Made by a program: the position numbers and the translations under genes. Of a stretch of 45,883 bases of DNA, positions 17,995 to 27,158 are shown piece by piece. Source of the DNA: an uncultured Chloroflexota bacterium (GTDB lineage Bacteria; Chloroflexota; Dehalococcoidia; UBA2979); contig CAIXBH010000040.1 in NCBI GenBank assembly GCA_903917615.1, positions 1-45,883 of the forward strand. Direction: 5' to 3'. How positions within the stretch are numbered: the stretch's first letter is position 1; the number at the start of each line of letters is the position of its first letter. The notes under the pieces are model-generated. The model did no database searches. It worked only from the letters and a program-made list of their open reading frames with translations, and was not told the origin of the DNA.

Positions 17995-18118
17995 GCCGTC
18001 CGGCGTGAGGACCATCACCATTGAGGCCGCCCGTCCTACACTCGCCCTGCGTCCGTGAGCACGCTCGCGACGCCGGCGGACCGGCGGACGGTCACCGAAC
18101 ACGAAGGGCTTCGCTTCC

Positions 18119-19276
18119 ATGACCACGGAGACGGCGGATCAACTCGCGACCATTCGCGCCGCGGTGCGCGACGTGTGCAAGGACTTCCCGTCGTCGTACT
18201 GGCGCGCCCTGGACGAGCACCGAGAGTACCCGACCGAGTTCGTCAACAAGCTGACCGAGTTGGGCTGGCTGTCCGTGCTCATCCCGGAGATGTACGGCGG
18301 CTCGGGGCTCGGCATCACGGAGGCCGGCGCGATCCTCGAGGAGATCAACCGCACGGGCGGCAACTCAGCGGCCTGCCACGCGCAGATGTACACGATGGGC
18401 ATCGTGCTGCGGCATGGCAGCGATGAGCTGAAGCAGCGTTACCTGCCGGATGTGGCGAGCGGCAAGCTGCGGCTGCAGGCCTTCGGCGTGACCGAGCCGG
18501 ACGCGGGCTCCGAGACCACGAAGATCCGCACGATGGCCGTCCGCAAGGGCGACAAGTACGTCGTCAACGGCCAGAAGATGTTCATCTCGCGCGTCGAGCA
18601 CTCGGACCTCATGGTGCTGCTCGCGCGGACGACGCCGTACGACGAGCTTGAGGACAAGACGCAGGGGCTCTCGGCGTTCGTCGTCGACCTGCGCACCGTG
18701 AAGGGCCTCACCGTTCGCCCCCTGAAGCTGATGCTGAACCACCACTCCACGGCGCTGTTCTTCGACGACATGGAGATCCCCGCGGAGAACCTCATCGGCG
18801 AGGAGGGCAAAGGGTTCCGCTACGTCATCGACTCGTGGAACGCCGAGCGCATCCTGATCGCCGGCGAGGCGCTCGGCGACGGCGCGTGGTTCATCGAGAA
18901 GGCGTCGAAGTACGCGAGCGAGCGCGTGGTGTTCGGCAAGCCGATCGGCTCGAACCAGGGCGTGCAGTTCCCGATCGCGCTCGCACACGCGCACCTCGAG
19001 GCGGCGCGCATGATGCGCGACCAGGCGGCCGCGAAGTTCGACCGTGAGGAGAACTGCGGGGCCGAGGCGAACATGTCGAAGCTGCTCGCCGCCGACGCGT
19101 CGTGGGAGGCCGCAAACGCCTGCCTGAACACCTACGGCGGGGCGGGGTTCGATGTCGAGGCGGACGTCGAACGCAAGTTCCGCGAGACCCGACTGTGGTC
19201 GATCGCGCCGATCAACAACAACCTCGTGCTGGCCTACGTGGGGCAGCGCGTGCTCGGCATGCCGCGCTCGTACTAA
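18119..19276 (+). CDS. Acyl-CoA dehydrogenase
   Basis: IPEMYGGSGLG, CHAQMY, VTEPDAGSET, NGQKMFISR, RVVFGKPIGSNQGVQF, ERKFRETRL. Confidence 0.95.
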   Translation: MTTETADQLATIRAAVRDVCKDFPSSYWRALDEHREYPTEFVNKLTELGWLSVLIPEMYGGSGLGITEAGAILEEINRTGGNSAACHAQMYTMGIVLRHGSDELKQRYLPDVASGKLRLQAFGVTEPDAGSETTKIRTMAVRKGDKYVVNGQKMFISRVEHSDLMVLLARTTPYDELEDKTQGLSAFVVDLRTVKGLTVRPLKLMLNHHSTALFFDDMEIPAENLIGEEGKGFRYVIDSWNAERILIAGEALGDGAWFIEKASKYASERVVFGKPIGSNQGVQFPIALAHAHLEAARMMRDQAAAKFDREENCGAEANMSKLLAADASWEAANACLNTYGGAGFDVEADVERKFRETRLWSIAPINNNLVLAYVGQRVLGMPRSY

Positions 19277-19343
19277 CCGCGCGTCTGGCCGCAGGGCGCC
19301 GCGACCGGCTCTCCGGAGCCACGGCGCCAGAGAGGTGGACCCC

Positions 19344-19853
19344 ATGGCAATCAAGGACGGCTGGGAAGGTCGGTACTTCGAGGACTTCACCGTGGGTGAT
19401 GTCTATCGCTGCCGCTACGGCCGCACCCTCACTGAGACGGACAACACCTGGTTCACGCTGCTGACGCACAACTCGAACCAGATCCACTTCAACAACGACT
19501 ACGGCGAGCGCACTGACTTCGGTCGCTGCCTCATCAACAGCACGCTCACGCTCGCACTGGTCGTTGGCATGACCGTCACCGACGTGAGCGAGAACGGCTT
19601 CGCCCTCGGATACGACGAGGTGCGCATGCCGAGCCCGCTGTTCGCGGGGGACACGCTCTACGCGGACACGGAGGTGCTCGAGCTGCGCGAATCGAACTCG
19701 CGCCCCGGGCAGGGCATCGTGCGCGTGAAGCACCGGGGCTTCAATCAGGACGGCACGCTGGTGATGGAGCTCGCGCGCAACATCATGGTGTGGAAGCGTG
19801 CGGCCGCGCCGCAACTCCATCAGTTCCCCGGGGCCGAGCCCACAAAGGCATAG
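19344..19853 (+). CDS. MaoC family dehydratase (itaconyl/mesaconyl-CoA hydratase-like)
   Basis: GRYFEDFTVGD, GRTLTETDN, hydratase motif D-N-x-W...N-x-x-Q-I-H, PLFAGDTL; RBS gaggtgg. Confidence 0.9.
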   Translation: MAIKDGWEGRYFEDFTVGDVYRCRYGRTLTETDNTWFTLLTHNSNQIHFNNDYGERTDFGRCLINSTLTLALVVGMTVTDVSENGFALGYDEVRMPSPLFAGDTLYADTEVLELRESNSRPGQGIVRVKHRGFNQDGTLVMELARNIMVWKRAAAPQLHQFPGAEPTKA

Positions 19854-19896
19854 ACACCGCGACGACAGCCGACCATCGCGGCGCAGGTCGCGTTGC

Positions 19897-19928
19897 TTGA
19901 CACGCCCAAAGTACGGGCGTTATCACCC
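19897..19928 (+). promoter_or_regulatory. Putative sigma70-type promoter of the thiolase-like gene
   Basis: TTGACA-17 nt-TTATCACCC; same architecture as 23124-23155. Confidence 0.6.
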
Positions 19929-19986
19929 TGCAGGGACATTCAGGCCGACACCCGCCGAGCGATCCCGCGAGTCGAAGGAGATGACG

Positions 19987-21132
19987 ATGACGGTTGAAAG
20001 TCTGCTGGACAAGGTCAACGTTGTCGGCATCGGCGCGACGCCGCAGGGCAAGTTGCCGGAGTACGACGGCGACGACATCGCCATCTGGGCACTCCGCGAA
20101 GCGATCAAGGACAGCGGCCTCAAGAAGGAAGACATCGACGGCCTGCTCGTGCAGCGTTCGTTCGGTGGCGGCGGCGAGATCCGCGAGATCGGGCACCGGC
20201 TCGGCATGGAGCCGCGCTACGCGCACAACGTGGACAGCCACGGCAACGCCGTCCATCACGCCACCATGCTGCTGGCGACCGGGCTCTGCAACACCGTCGC
20301 GATCATGTACGGCACGAACCAGCGGACGAACCGCAACAAGTTCACCACGTCGAGCTACCACGGCGGCGGGAACTTCGACGAGGTCTACGGGCTCTCCAAC
20401 CCCGGTGCGGTGGCCGCCCTCAACTACCGCAGGCGCATGAAGGACTATGGGGCCACCGAATACCAGCTCGGCGCGATCGCGGTCGCCCAGGCGAAGGGCG
20501 CGTCCCTGAACCCGCTCGCGGTGTATCGGGACACGTTCACGCAGGACGAGTACATGGACTTCCGCTACGTCATCGCGCCGCTGCGCCTCGTCGACTTCTC
20601 GATGGTCAGCGACGGCGGGTTCGCGATGATCCTCACGACCAGGGAGCGCGCGCGCGACCTGCCGAAGCCCGGCCCCACGATCATGGCGATGGGCGCGCAG
20701 GCGAGCTTCCTCGAAATGTCGCACCCGGACGCGATGTACCACCCCTCGCAGCCCTCGAACGCGAAGATGCTGTGGGGCCACACGGACATCAAGCACGATG
20801 ACATCAACGCGCTGTACATCCAGGATGCATACACGCCGAACGTCTTCGCCGCCCTCGAGAACTACGGGTTCTGCGAGCGCGGCACGGCGCACGAGTGGGC
20901 GCAGGGCGGCCGCCTCGAGCTGGGGAGCTCGATGCCGGTGAACTGCCACGGCGGGCAGAACCGGCTGAGCTACATGGTGGGCTGGCACAACACCTACGAC
21001 GCGGTCACCCAGCTGCGCAACGAAGCCCAGACCCGTGAGCGCCAGATCCCGAACGCCAACACGGTGATGGTGACCGTGAGCGGCGGCCACTGGGAGCACA
21101 CCTACTCGATGATCTACCAGAACGCGATGTAG
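19987..21132 (+). CDS. Thiolase-family (SCP-x/Ltp2-like) protein, paralog A
   Basis: VVGIGATPQGK, DIDGLL, PLRLVDFSMVSDGG, QDAYTP, NCHGGQ, RERQIPNA. ATG 19987 lies 6 nt after aaggag and gives 381 aa, the same length as paralog B. Confidence 0.92.
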   Translation: MTVESLLDKVNVVGIGATPQGKLPEYDGDDIAIWALREAIKDSGLKKEDIDGLLVQRSFGGGGEIREIGHRLGMEPRYAHNVDSHGNAVHHATMLLATGLCNTVAIMYGTNQRTNRNKFTTSSYHGGGNFDEVYGLSNPGAVAALNYRRRMKDYGATEYQLGAIAVAQAKGASLNPLAVYRDTFTQDEYMDFRYVIAPLRLVDFSMVSDGGFAMILTTRERARDLPKPGPTIMAMGAQASFLEMSHPDAMYHPSQPSNAKMLWGHTDIKHDDINALYIQDAYTPNVFAALENYGFCERGTAHEWAQGGRLELGSSMPVNCHGGQNRLSYMVGWHNTYDAVTQLRNEAQTRERQIPNANTVMVTVSGGHWEHTYSMIYQNAM

Positions 21133-21214
21133 GCAGATGCGGGACGGCGATGGGACGAGGGCTCGTCCGCATCCTCCGGCCCCAGCTGCGCACAGGACAC
21201 AGCGCGCGAGATCA

Positions 21215-21242
21215 GAAGAGGGGGGCGAATGCCCCCCTCTTC
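21215..21242. terminator. Hairpin between convergent genes, probably bidirectional
   Basis: Perfect 12-bp stem gaagaggggggc-gaat-gcccccctcttc. Confidence 0.8.
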
Positions 21243-21271
21243 GTGTGTCTGGATCGACTCCGTCGAGTCGA

Positions 21272-22963
21272 CTACTTGGTCTTCCAGGAAGTCAGAGACC
21301 ACTCGATGCCCGGCGGGTAGACGCCGGAGTAGAAGTTCTGCAGCTTCGCGTTCTCCGCGTTGTAGCCGCGGACGATGGGCATGTGGGCCATCGAGAGCAC
21401 GTTGTCGAGCAGGTACTTCGCCGTGTTCCGGACCTTTTGTTGCGCCTGCGTGTCGTCGAGCGTCGCGCGGACGTCGTCGAGCATCGCGTTGACCTTCGGG
21501 TCATTCAGGCCCGGCCCGTTCCGTGTGCCGCCCGGGTAGTACTGCTGGAGCTCGTAGTCCAGCGGGTCGAAGAGCGACATGCCGAAGAGGCCAATGTCCT
21601 CGAACTTGTTGTTGTAGACATTCGCGACGAACGTTGCGTACTCGTCCGTGGAGATCTCGGACTTCACACCGAGGTTCTTCTCGAGCTGCTGGGCAATCAG
21701 TTCGGCCATCGTGACGTACGCAGGCGCGATCGCCTTGGGGGCCGTGTACGTCTTGTTCAGCGTGCTCGGCTTGCCGGCCGCCTGCCAGAGCTTGGTCGCC
21801 TCGGCAGGGTCGTACTTCATCGCGTTCATCGCGCGGAGTTCGTCCTCGGTCAGCGACCACTTCCCGAAGCCCGTCGGCACCGGGCCGGTCAGGGCGCCGT
21901 CGCTCTGGAACACCTGGTCGATGATCGCCTGTCGGTCGATCGACTTCGAGATGGCCATGCGCGCGCGGATGTCCGCCCACTTCGGGTTGCGCATGTTGAA
22001 CCAGTACCCGGAGTTCCCGGTCGACGGGAACGCGTACGTCCGCACGTTCGGGGACGTGACCGCTGCGATGTCGGTCTTGCTGAACGACGAGATGGTCTGG
22101 AAGTCGGACTGGCCGGTCTTCATCGCCGCGTCGCGGGTCTGGCCGTCCGTGATGACCTTAATCAGGAAGTTGTTGTAGTAGATCTTCGACGCGTCAATGA
22201 AGTCCGGGTTCTTCTTGAACGTCGCGCCTTCACCCTGGTTCACGTTCTGGAGAATGAACGGACCGGAGCCGATCGCCTTGTTCTTGAAGTTCCCGTCCTG
22301 CTTCTCGATCTCCTGCGGCGTGATCAGCGACGGCTCCGCCGCCAACGCGTACAGCAGATAGCGCGAGGGCTTCTTCAGGTTGAACACCACGGTGTAGTTG
22401 TCCGGGGTGTCGATGGACGCGATGTCCGAGTAGCGCGCCTTGAACGTGCTGTTCTTGTCCGTCATGTAGAGGTTGATGGAGTACTTCACATCAGCCGACG
22501 TCTGCTCGCGGCCGCTCACGGGCGCGATGTTCTGGAACTTCACGCCCTGACGCAGCTTGAAGGTCAACTTCGTGCCGTCGGCGCCGAATTCGTAGCCCTG
22601 GACGGCGTACGTGGGGATCCACTTGGTGTCGGCCAGATCGCCCTTCGGATCTCGGGTCGCCGTGAGCAGCTTGGGGTACACCAGTCCGGCGCGCTCGAAG
22701 ACCGTGTAGACCTGCGAGTCGAGCGGGTCGAGGCTGGCAGCGTCGCGGGTCTGGACGAACACCATCGCTTCACTGACGGTCGGCTGTGGCGCTCCGCTGG
22801 CGCCGGCGGCTGCACCGGCAGCTGGGCTGGCTGCGGCCGGAGCCTTGGCTCCGCTGCTGCACCCGACGAGCGCCGCGCCGGCGAGACCGAGTCCGCCAAC
22901 CGCCATGCTCCCGAGTACGCGCCGCCTCCCGACCCGCTGGGTCCAGTAATCTCCGCTTCGCAC
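21272..22963 (-). CDS. ABC transporter substrate-binding protein, family 5, Tat lipoprotein
   Basis: GTG at 22963 after ggggagg; GRRRVLG twin-Arg, lipobox LVGC, FKLRQGVKF, IGSGPF, DIRARMAISKSIDR. Confidence 0.93.
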   Translation of the reverse strand: MRSGDYWTQRVGRRRVLGSMAVGGLGLAGAALVGCSSGAKAPAAASPAAGAAAGASGAPQPTVSEAMVFVQTRDAASLDPLDSQVYTVFERAGLVYPKLLTATRDPKGDLADTKWIPTYAVQGYEFGADGTKLTFKLRQGVKFQNIAPVSGREQTSADVKYSINLYMTDKNSTFKARYSDIASIDTPDNYTVVFNLKKPSRYLLYALAAEPSLITPQEIEKQDGNFKNKAIGSGPFILQNVNQGEGATFKKNPDFIDASKIYYNNFLIKVITDGQTRDAAMKTGQSDFQTISSFSKTDIAAVTSPNVRTYAFPSTGNSGYWFNMRNPKWADIRARMAISKSIDRQAIIDQVFQSDGALTGPVPTGFGKWSLTEDELRAMNAMKYDPAEATKLWQAAGKPSTLNKTYTAPKAIAPAYVTMAELIAQQLEKNLGVKSEISTDEYATFVANVYNNKFEDIGLFGMSLFDPLDYELQQYYPGGTRNGPGLNDPKVNAMLDDVRATLDDTQAQQKVRNTAKYLLDNVLSMAHMPIVRGYNAENAKLQNFYSGVYPPGIEWSLTSWKTK

Positions 22964-23123
22964 GAGTCCTCCCCATCTGCGGATGTGTTGATCCGCATCC
23001 CCTCTGGTCGCGCGCATATTACGCTCATTGTCACCCGGGTGGCAGCGACCCTCGTCGACGCACGCGCGTCCGGTGGCGCCTTCGGGGCGCCGGTGAGCAG
23101 GCGCCGCGGGGGTGCTCAGAAGT

Positions 23124-23155
23124 TTGACACCCTCCCATCATTCCCGTTATTACCC
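23124..23155 (+). promoter_or_regulatory. Putative sigma70-type promoter of the CoA-transferase/thiolase operon
   Basis: TTGACA-17 nt-TTATTACCC, about 40 nt upstream of ATG 23197. Confidence 0.6.
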
Positions 23156-23196
23156 GGACAGCCGAGACACGCCTCGGACTATCGACGGAGCCACAT

Positions 23197-25494
23197 ATGC
23201 CCGGTCCACTGAGTGGGATCCGTGTGCTCGATCTCTGCCAGCTCGCCGTCGGCCCCTACGGGGCCTCCCTCCTGGGTCAGTTGGGCGCACAGGTCATCAA
23301 GATCGAGGAGCCCAACGGCGATCCGATCCGGAATCTGCTGCCGGAGCAACAGGGCGTCGGGACGTACTACACGTCCGTCAACCAGAACAAGTTGAACATC
23401 GCGCTCAACCTGAAGAACCCGGACGACCTCGCGATCGCCATCGCGCTCGCGGAGCGTGCGGACGTGATCATCGAGAACTTCCGCCCGGGCGCGATGGACC
23501 GCGCCGGCATGGGATACGACGCCATCAAGGCGATCAACCCCGACATCGTCTACTGCTCCTCGTCTGGCTACGGCAACGGTGGGCCACGACGGCTCGAGGG
23601 CAGCGCGGACGGCTACGCACGGAGCTTCACGGCGTTCGACGCCAGCAACGGGCCCGTGGGCAACCCGCACCAGCGCTTCCGCAGCAAGGGGCACATCGAC
23701 CACACCTGTTCGACCTTCGTCACGCAGACGGCCCTCGCGGGCCTCGCGGCCCGTGCGCGTTACGGCATCGGGCAGAAGGTCGAAACCTCGATGATGCAGG
23801 CCACGATGGTCTACCAGACCAGCCGCATCGCGGAGTACTTCGCCAACGGCGAGCAGCCGCCTTCGCTGGGCAGCGCGACGAGTAACCTCGTGCCGCACCA
23901 GGCGTTCGCCAGCCGCGATGGGCACGTCGCCATCGGCGTGAACACGCAGGCCCAGTGGCGCAACCTCTGCGCGGGGCTCCAACTCGACGAGATCGTCGAT
24001 GACCCGCGGTTCCACGACAACGCCGCGCGCGTGGCCCATCGTGACGAGCTCGTTGAGCGTCTGTCGCGAGTCATCGCCACGAAGTCCACGCAGGAGTGGG
24101 TCGACGCGTTCGCCCCGCTCGGCGTCCCCTGCGGGCCGTTCCTCACCTTCGCGGACCTGTGGCAGTCGGAGCAGGTGCAGGCGAACCACATGATCGTGGA
24201 TGTCGCGCACCCGTGGGGCGACACCAAGGTCGGCGGCACGCCGTGGAAGTTCACCCGCACCGAAGTGCAGATCTCGCGCGCGCCAGGCAAGGATGAGAAC
24301 CGCGAGGAGATCCTGCGGATCATCGCGGAGGAGCCGCCCCGCCGCGAGCGGCGCCTCACGCCGGCGCCTGCGCTGCCGACTGCCGGACCGCTCGAGGGTG
24401 TGAAGGTCCTCGACATCTCGCAGGGGATCGCGGGGCCGTTCACCGCGATGCAACTCGGCGACCTCGGAGCCGACGTCACGAAGGTCGAGCCGCCTGACGG
24501 TGACTGGTCGCGCACGCTCGCGCCTCCCGCCCAGGGGTCGGAAGGACCGGTCTTCGTCGCGCTCAACCGGAACAAGTCCGGCGCGGTGCTCGACATCCGC
24601 GACGAGACGCGCCGGGAGGAGCTGCTTGGCCGCATCGCGCAAGCCGATGTGCTGGTGACCGACCTGCTGCCCGCCGAGGCAGAGCGCCTCGGCCTGACGT
24701 ACGACGTGCTCTCGCGCGACCACCCCGGGCTGATCATGTGCTCCGTGTCGCCGTTCGGGGAGCGGGGGCCGTGGCGCGATCGCGCCGGCGGCGAGATCGT
24801 GCTGCAGGCGATGGGCGACATCTGGCGCTACCTCGGCGCCCTCGATCAGCCGCCGCTTCGCCTCGCAGCAGACGCGGCCGCGATGGCCGGGGGCATCTTC
24901 GGGACGCAGGGCGTGGTGGCCGCAGTGATTGAGCGCGAGCGCAGCGGCCTCGGACAGAAGGTCGAGGTCTCGCACCTCGGCGCGCTCATGGCGATCGAGA
25001 CGCAGCTGCACGCGGCGCAGAGCAACCCGGACCTGAAGGGCGGCTGGCACCTCTCGGCACCGACCGATCCGCCCGAGTACGACCTGCGGACGCAGGACCT
25101 CGGCATCGAGTTTGGCTTCATGGCGCGTCGGGTCGGCGGCTGGGAAGAGTTCTGCAAACGCATCGGCGTGCCGGACGAGATCACCAACGACGAGCGGTTC
25201 AACAGCGCGCTCGGTCGCACGTTGAACTGGCCCGCGTTCCGCGCGGCGTTCGAGCCCTATTCGACCAGGTACAGCGCGAGCGACCTGAAAGCGATCATCG
25301 AGGAGTGCGGCGGCGTCGGCGTCATCTGCAACTCGTACGAGACGCTCTTCGCCGATCCACAGGTCGCCGCGTTCGACATGCTGCGCGAGATCGATCACCC
25401 GACGCTGGGCCGCGTGAAGACCCTCGGGCTCCCGTGGAACCTCGAGAAGACGCCGGGCTCGATCCGGAGTGCATCACCGGTCCTGAAGAAGTAG
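23197..25494 (+). CDS. Fused double family III CoA-transferase (two CaiB/BaiF domains)
   Basis: GPLSGIRVLDL...LGAQVIKIE at the N-terminus, and a second GPLEGVKVLDI...LGADVTKVEPPDGD from about 24385; 765 aa. Confidence 0.93.
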   Translation: MPGPLSGIRVLDLCQLAVGPYGASLLGQLGAQVIKIEEPNGDPIRNLLPEQQGVGTYYTSVNQNKLNIALNLKNPDDLAIAIALAERADVIIENFRPGAMDRAGMGYDAIKAINPDIVYCSSSGYGNGGPRRLEGSADGYARSFTAFDASNGPVGNPHQRFRSKGHIDHTCSTFVTQTALAGLAARARYGIGQKVETSMMQATMVYQTSRIAEYFANGEQPPSLGSATSNLVPHQAFASRDGHVAIGVNTQAQWRNLCAGLQLDEIVDDPRFHDNAARVAHRDELVERLSRVIATKSTQEWVDAFAPLGVPCGPFLTFADLWQSEQVQANHMIVDVAHPWGDTKVGGTPWKFTRTEVQISRAPGKDENREEILRIIAEEPPRRERRLTPAPALPTAGPLEGVKVLDISQGIAGPFTAMQLGDLGADVTKVEPPDGDWSRTLAPPAQGSEGPVFVALNRNKSGAVLDIRDETRREELLGRIAQADVLVTDLLPAEAERLGLTYDVLSRDHPGLIMCSVSPFGERGPWRDRAGGEIVLQAMGDIWRYLGALDQPPLRLAADAAAMAGGIFGTQGVVAAVIERERSGLGQKVEVSHLGALMAIETQLHAAQSNPDLKGGWHLSAPTDPPEYDLRTQDLGIEFGFMARRVGGWEEFCKRIGVPDEITNDERFNSALGRTLNWPAFRAAFEPYSTRYSASDLKAIIEECGGVGVICNSYETLFADPQVAAFDMLREIDHPTLGRVKTLGLPWNLEKTPGSIRSASPVLKK

Positions 25495-25549
25495 GGTCTG
25501 CGAACCGGAGACGGGCGCACTCAGACGCGCCAGAGAAGGAAGTCAGACC

Positions 25550-26695
25550 ATGCCGCTGGCGAACGTGCTGGGCAAGGTGAACATCATCGGCATCGGCGCG
25601 ACGCCGCAGGGGAAGCTCCCCGAGCACAGCGGTGACGACATCGCGGTGTGGGCGTTCCGTGAGGCGCTGAAGGACAGCGGCCTGCAGAAGTCGGACATCG
25701 ACGGCCTTCTCGTGCAGAACTCGTACGGCGGCGCCGGCCAGGTGAAGGAGATCGGCCATCGCCTGGGCCTGCAGCCGGTGGTCGGCGACCAGGTCGGCGC
25801 GCACGGTGAGGCCGTCCAGCGCGCGGTGATGCTCATCGCGAGCGGCATGTGCCAGAACGTGGCGATCGTCTACGCGACCAACCAGCGCACCAACCGCAAC
25901 ACCTTCGGCGCGAGCGTGTACCACGGCGGCGGCAACTTCGACGACGTGTACGGCCTGTCGAACCCCGGCGCCACGGCTGCCTTCAACTATCGCCGGCGGA
26001 TGAAGGACTTCGGCGCGACCGAGTACCAGCTGGGCGCCATCGCCTCGGCACAGTCGAAGGGCGCCGCGCTCAACCCGCTCGCGGTTTACCGGGAGGCCTT
26101 CTCGCAAGAGGAGTACATGGACTTTCGCTACGTCATCGCGCCGCTGCGCCTCGTCGACTTCTCGATGGTGAGCGACGGCGGCTTCGCGATGATCCTCACG
26201 TCCAAGGAGCGCGCGAAGGATGCGAAGCACCCGGGGCCGACCATCGTCGGGATGGGCTCACAGGCCTCGTTCCTCGAGCTGGACCACCCGGACGCGATGT
26301 ATCACCCCTCGCAGCTTCCGAACGCGAAGATGCTCTGGGAGAATACGGACGTCACGCGGAAGGACATCCAGGCGCTGTACGTGCAGGACGCGTACACGCC
26401 GAACGTCTTCTCGGCCCTCGAGAACTACGGGTTCTGCGAGTACGGGACCGCGCACGAGTGGGCGCAGGGCGGACGCATCGAGCTCGGGGGCGAGCTGCCC
26501 GTGAACATCCACGGCGGACAGAACCGCATGAGCTACATGGTGGGCTGGCACAACACGTACGACGCCGTCACCCAACTGCGCGACGAGGCGCAGACGCGTG
26601 AGCGCCAGATCCCGAACGCGAACACCATCATGGTGACCGTGAGCAGCGGCCACTGGCAGTCCACCTGGTCGTACATCTACCGGAACGAGCTGTAG
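25550..26695 (+). CDS. Thiolase-family (SCP-x/Ltp2-like) protein, paralog B
   Basis: Colinear with 19987..21132 with long identical blocks (EYMDFRYVIAPLRLVDFSMVSDGGFAMILT; SYMVGWHNTYDAVTQLR). Confidence 0.93.
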   Translation: MPLANVLGKVNIIGIGATPQGKLPEHSGDDIAVWAFREALKDSGLQKSDIDGLLVQNSYGGAGQVKEIGHRLGLQPVVGDQVGAHGEAVQRAVMLIASGMCQNVAIVYATNQRTNRNTFGASVYHGGGNFDDVYGLSNPGATAAFNYRRRMKDFGATEYQLGAIASAQSKGAALNPLAVYREAFSQEEYMDFRYVIAPLRLVDFSMVSDGGFAMILTSKERAKDAKHPGPTIVGMGSQASFLELDHPDAMYHPSQLPNAKMLWENTDVTRKDIQALYVQDAYTPNVFSALENYGFCEYGTAHEWAQGGRIELGGELPVNIHGGQNRMSYMVGWHNTYDAVTQLRDEAQTRERQIPNANTIMVTVSSGHWQSTWSYIYRNEL

Positions 26696-26719
26696 GCGAC
26701 GTCGCCGAAGGAGGCCACG

Positions 26720-27136
26720 ATGACGAGCGAATACGAGAAGCCGATGCCACGCGTGACCGATCTCGACCGCCCGCACTGGGAGGCGGCGGCGAAGCACCAG
26801 CTCCTGATCCAGAGCTGCAACGACTGCGGGCACATGTGGTTCCCGCCGGCGGAGAACTGCCCGAACTGCCTGGGCACGAACCTCGGATGGAAGGAGCCGA
26901 AGGGCACCGGCAAGGTGCACTCCTTCATCATCTACCACCAGGGCTGGCTGCCCGGATACCTCAAGTCGACCCCGTACAACGTGGCGATCATCCAGCTGGA
27001 CGAGGGCCCGCGGTTCATCAGTAACGTCGTCGGGATCGACAACGACGACATCGAGGTGGACATGCCGGTCCAGGTGACGTTCGAAGACGTCGCGCCGGAC
27101 GTCTCGATCCCCCGGTTCAAGCCGGTCGGCAAGTAA
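26720..27136 (+). CDS. Zn-ribbon/OB-fold protein (DUF35)
   Basis: LLIQSCNDCG...FPPAENCPNC, GTGKVHSF, LDEGPRFISN; RBS aaggagg. Confidence 0.93.
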   Translation: MTSEYEKPMPRVTDLDRPHWEAAAKHQLLIQSCNDCGHMWFPPAENCPNCLGTNLGWKEPKGTGKVHSFIIYHQGWLPGYLKSTPYNVAIIQLDEGPRFISNVVGIDNDDIEVDMPVQVTFEDVAPDVSIPRFKPVGK

Positions 27137-27158
27137 CGCCCGCCGAGGAGACGCCCAG

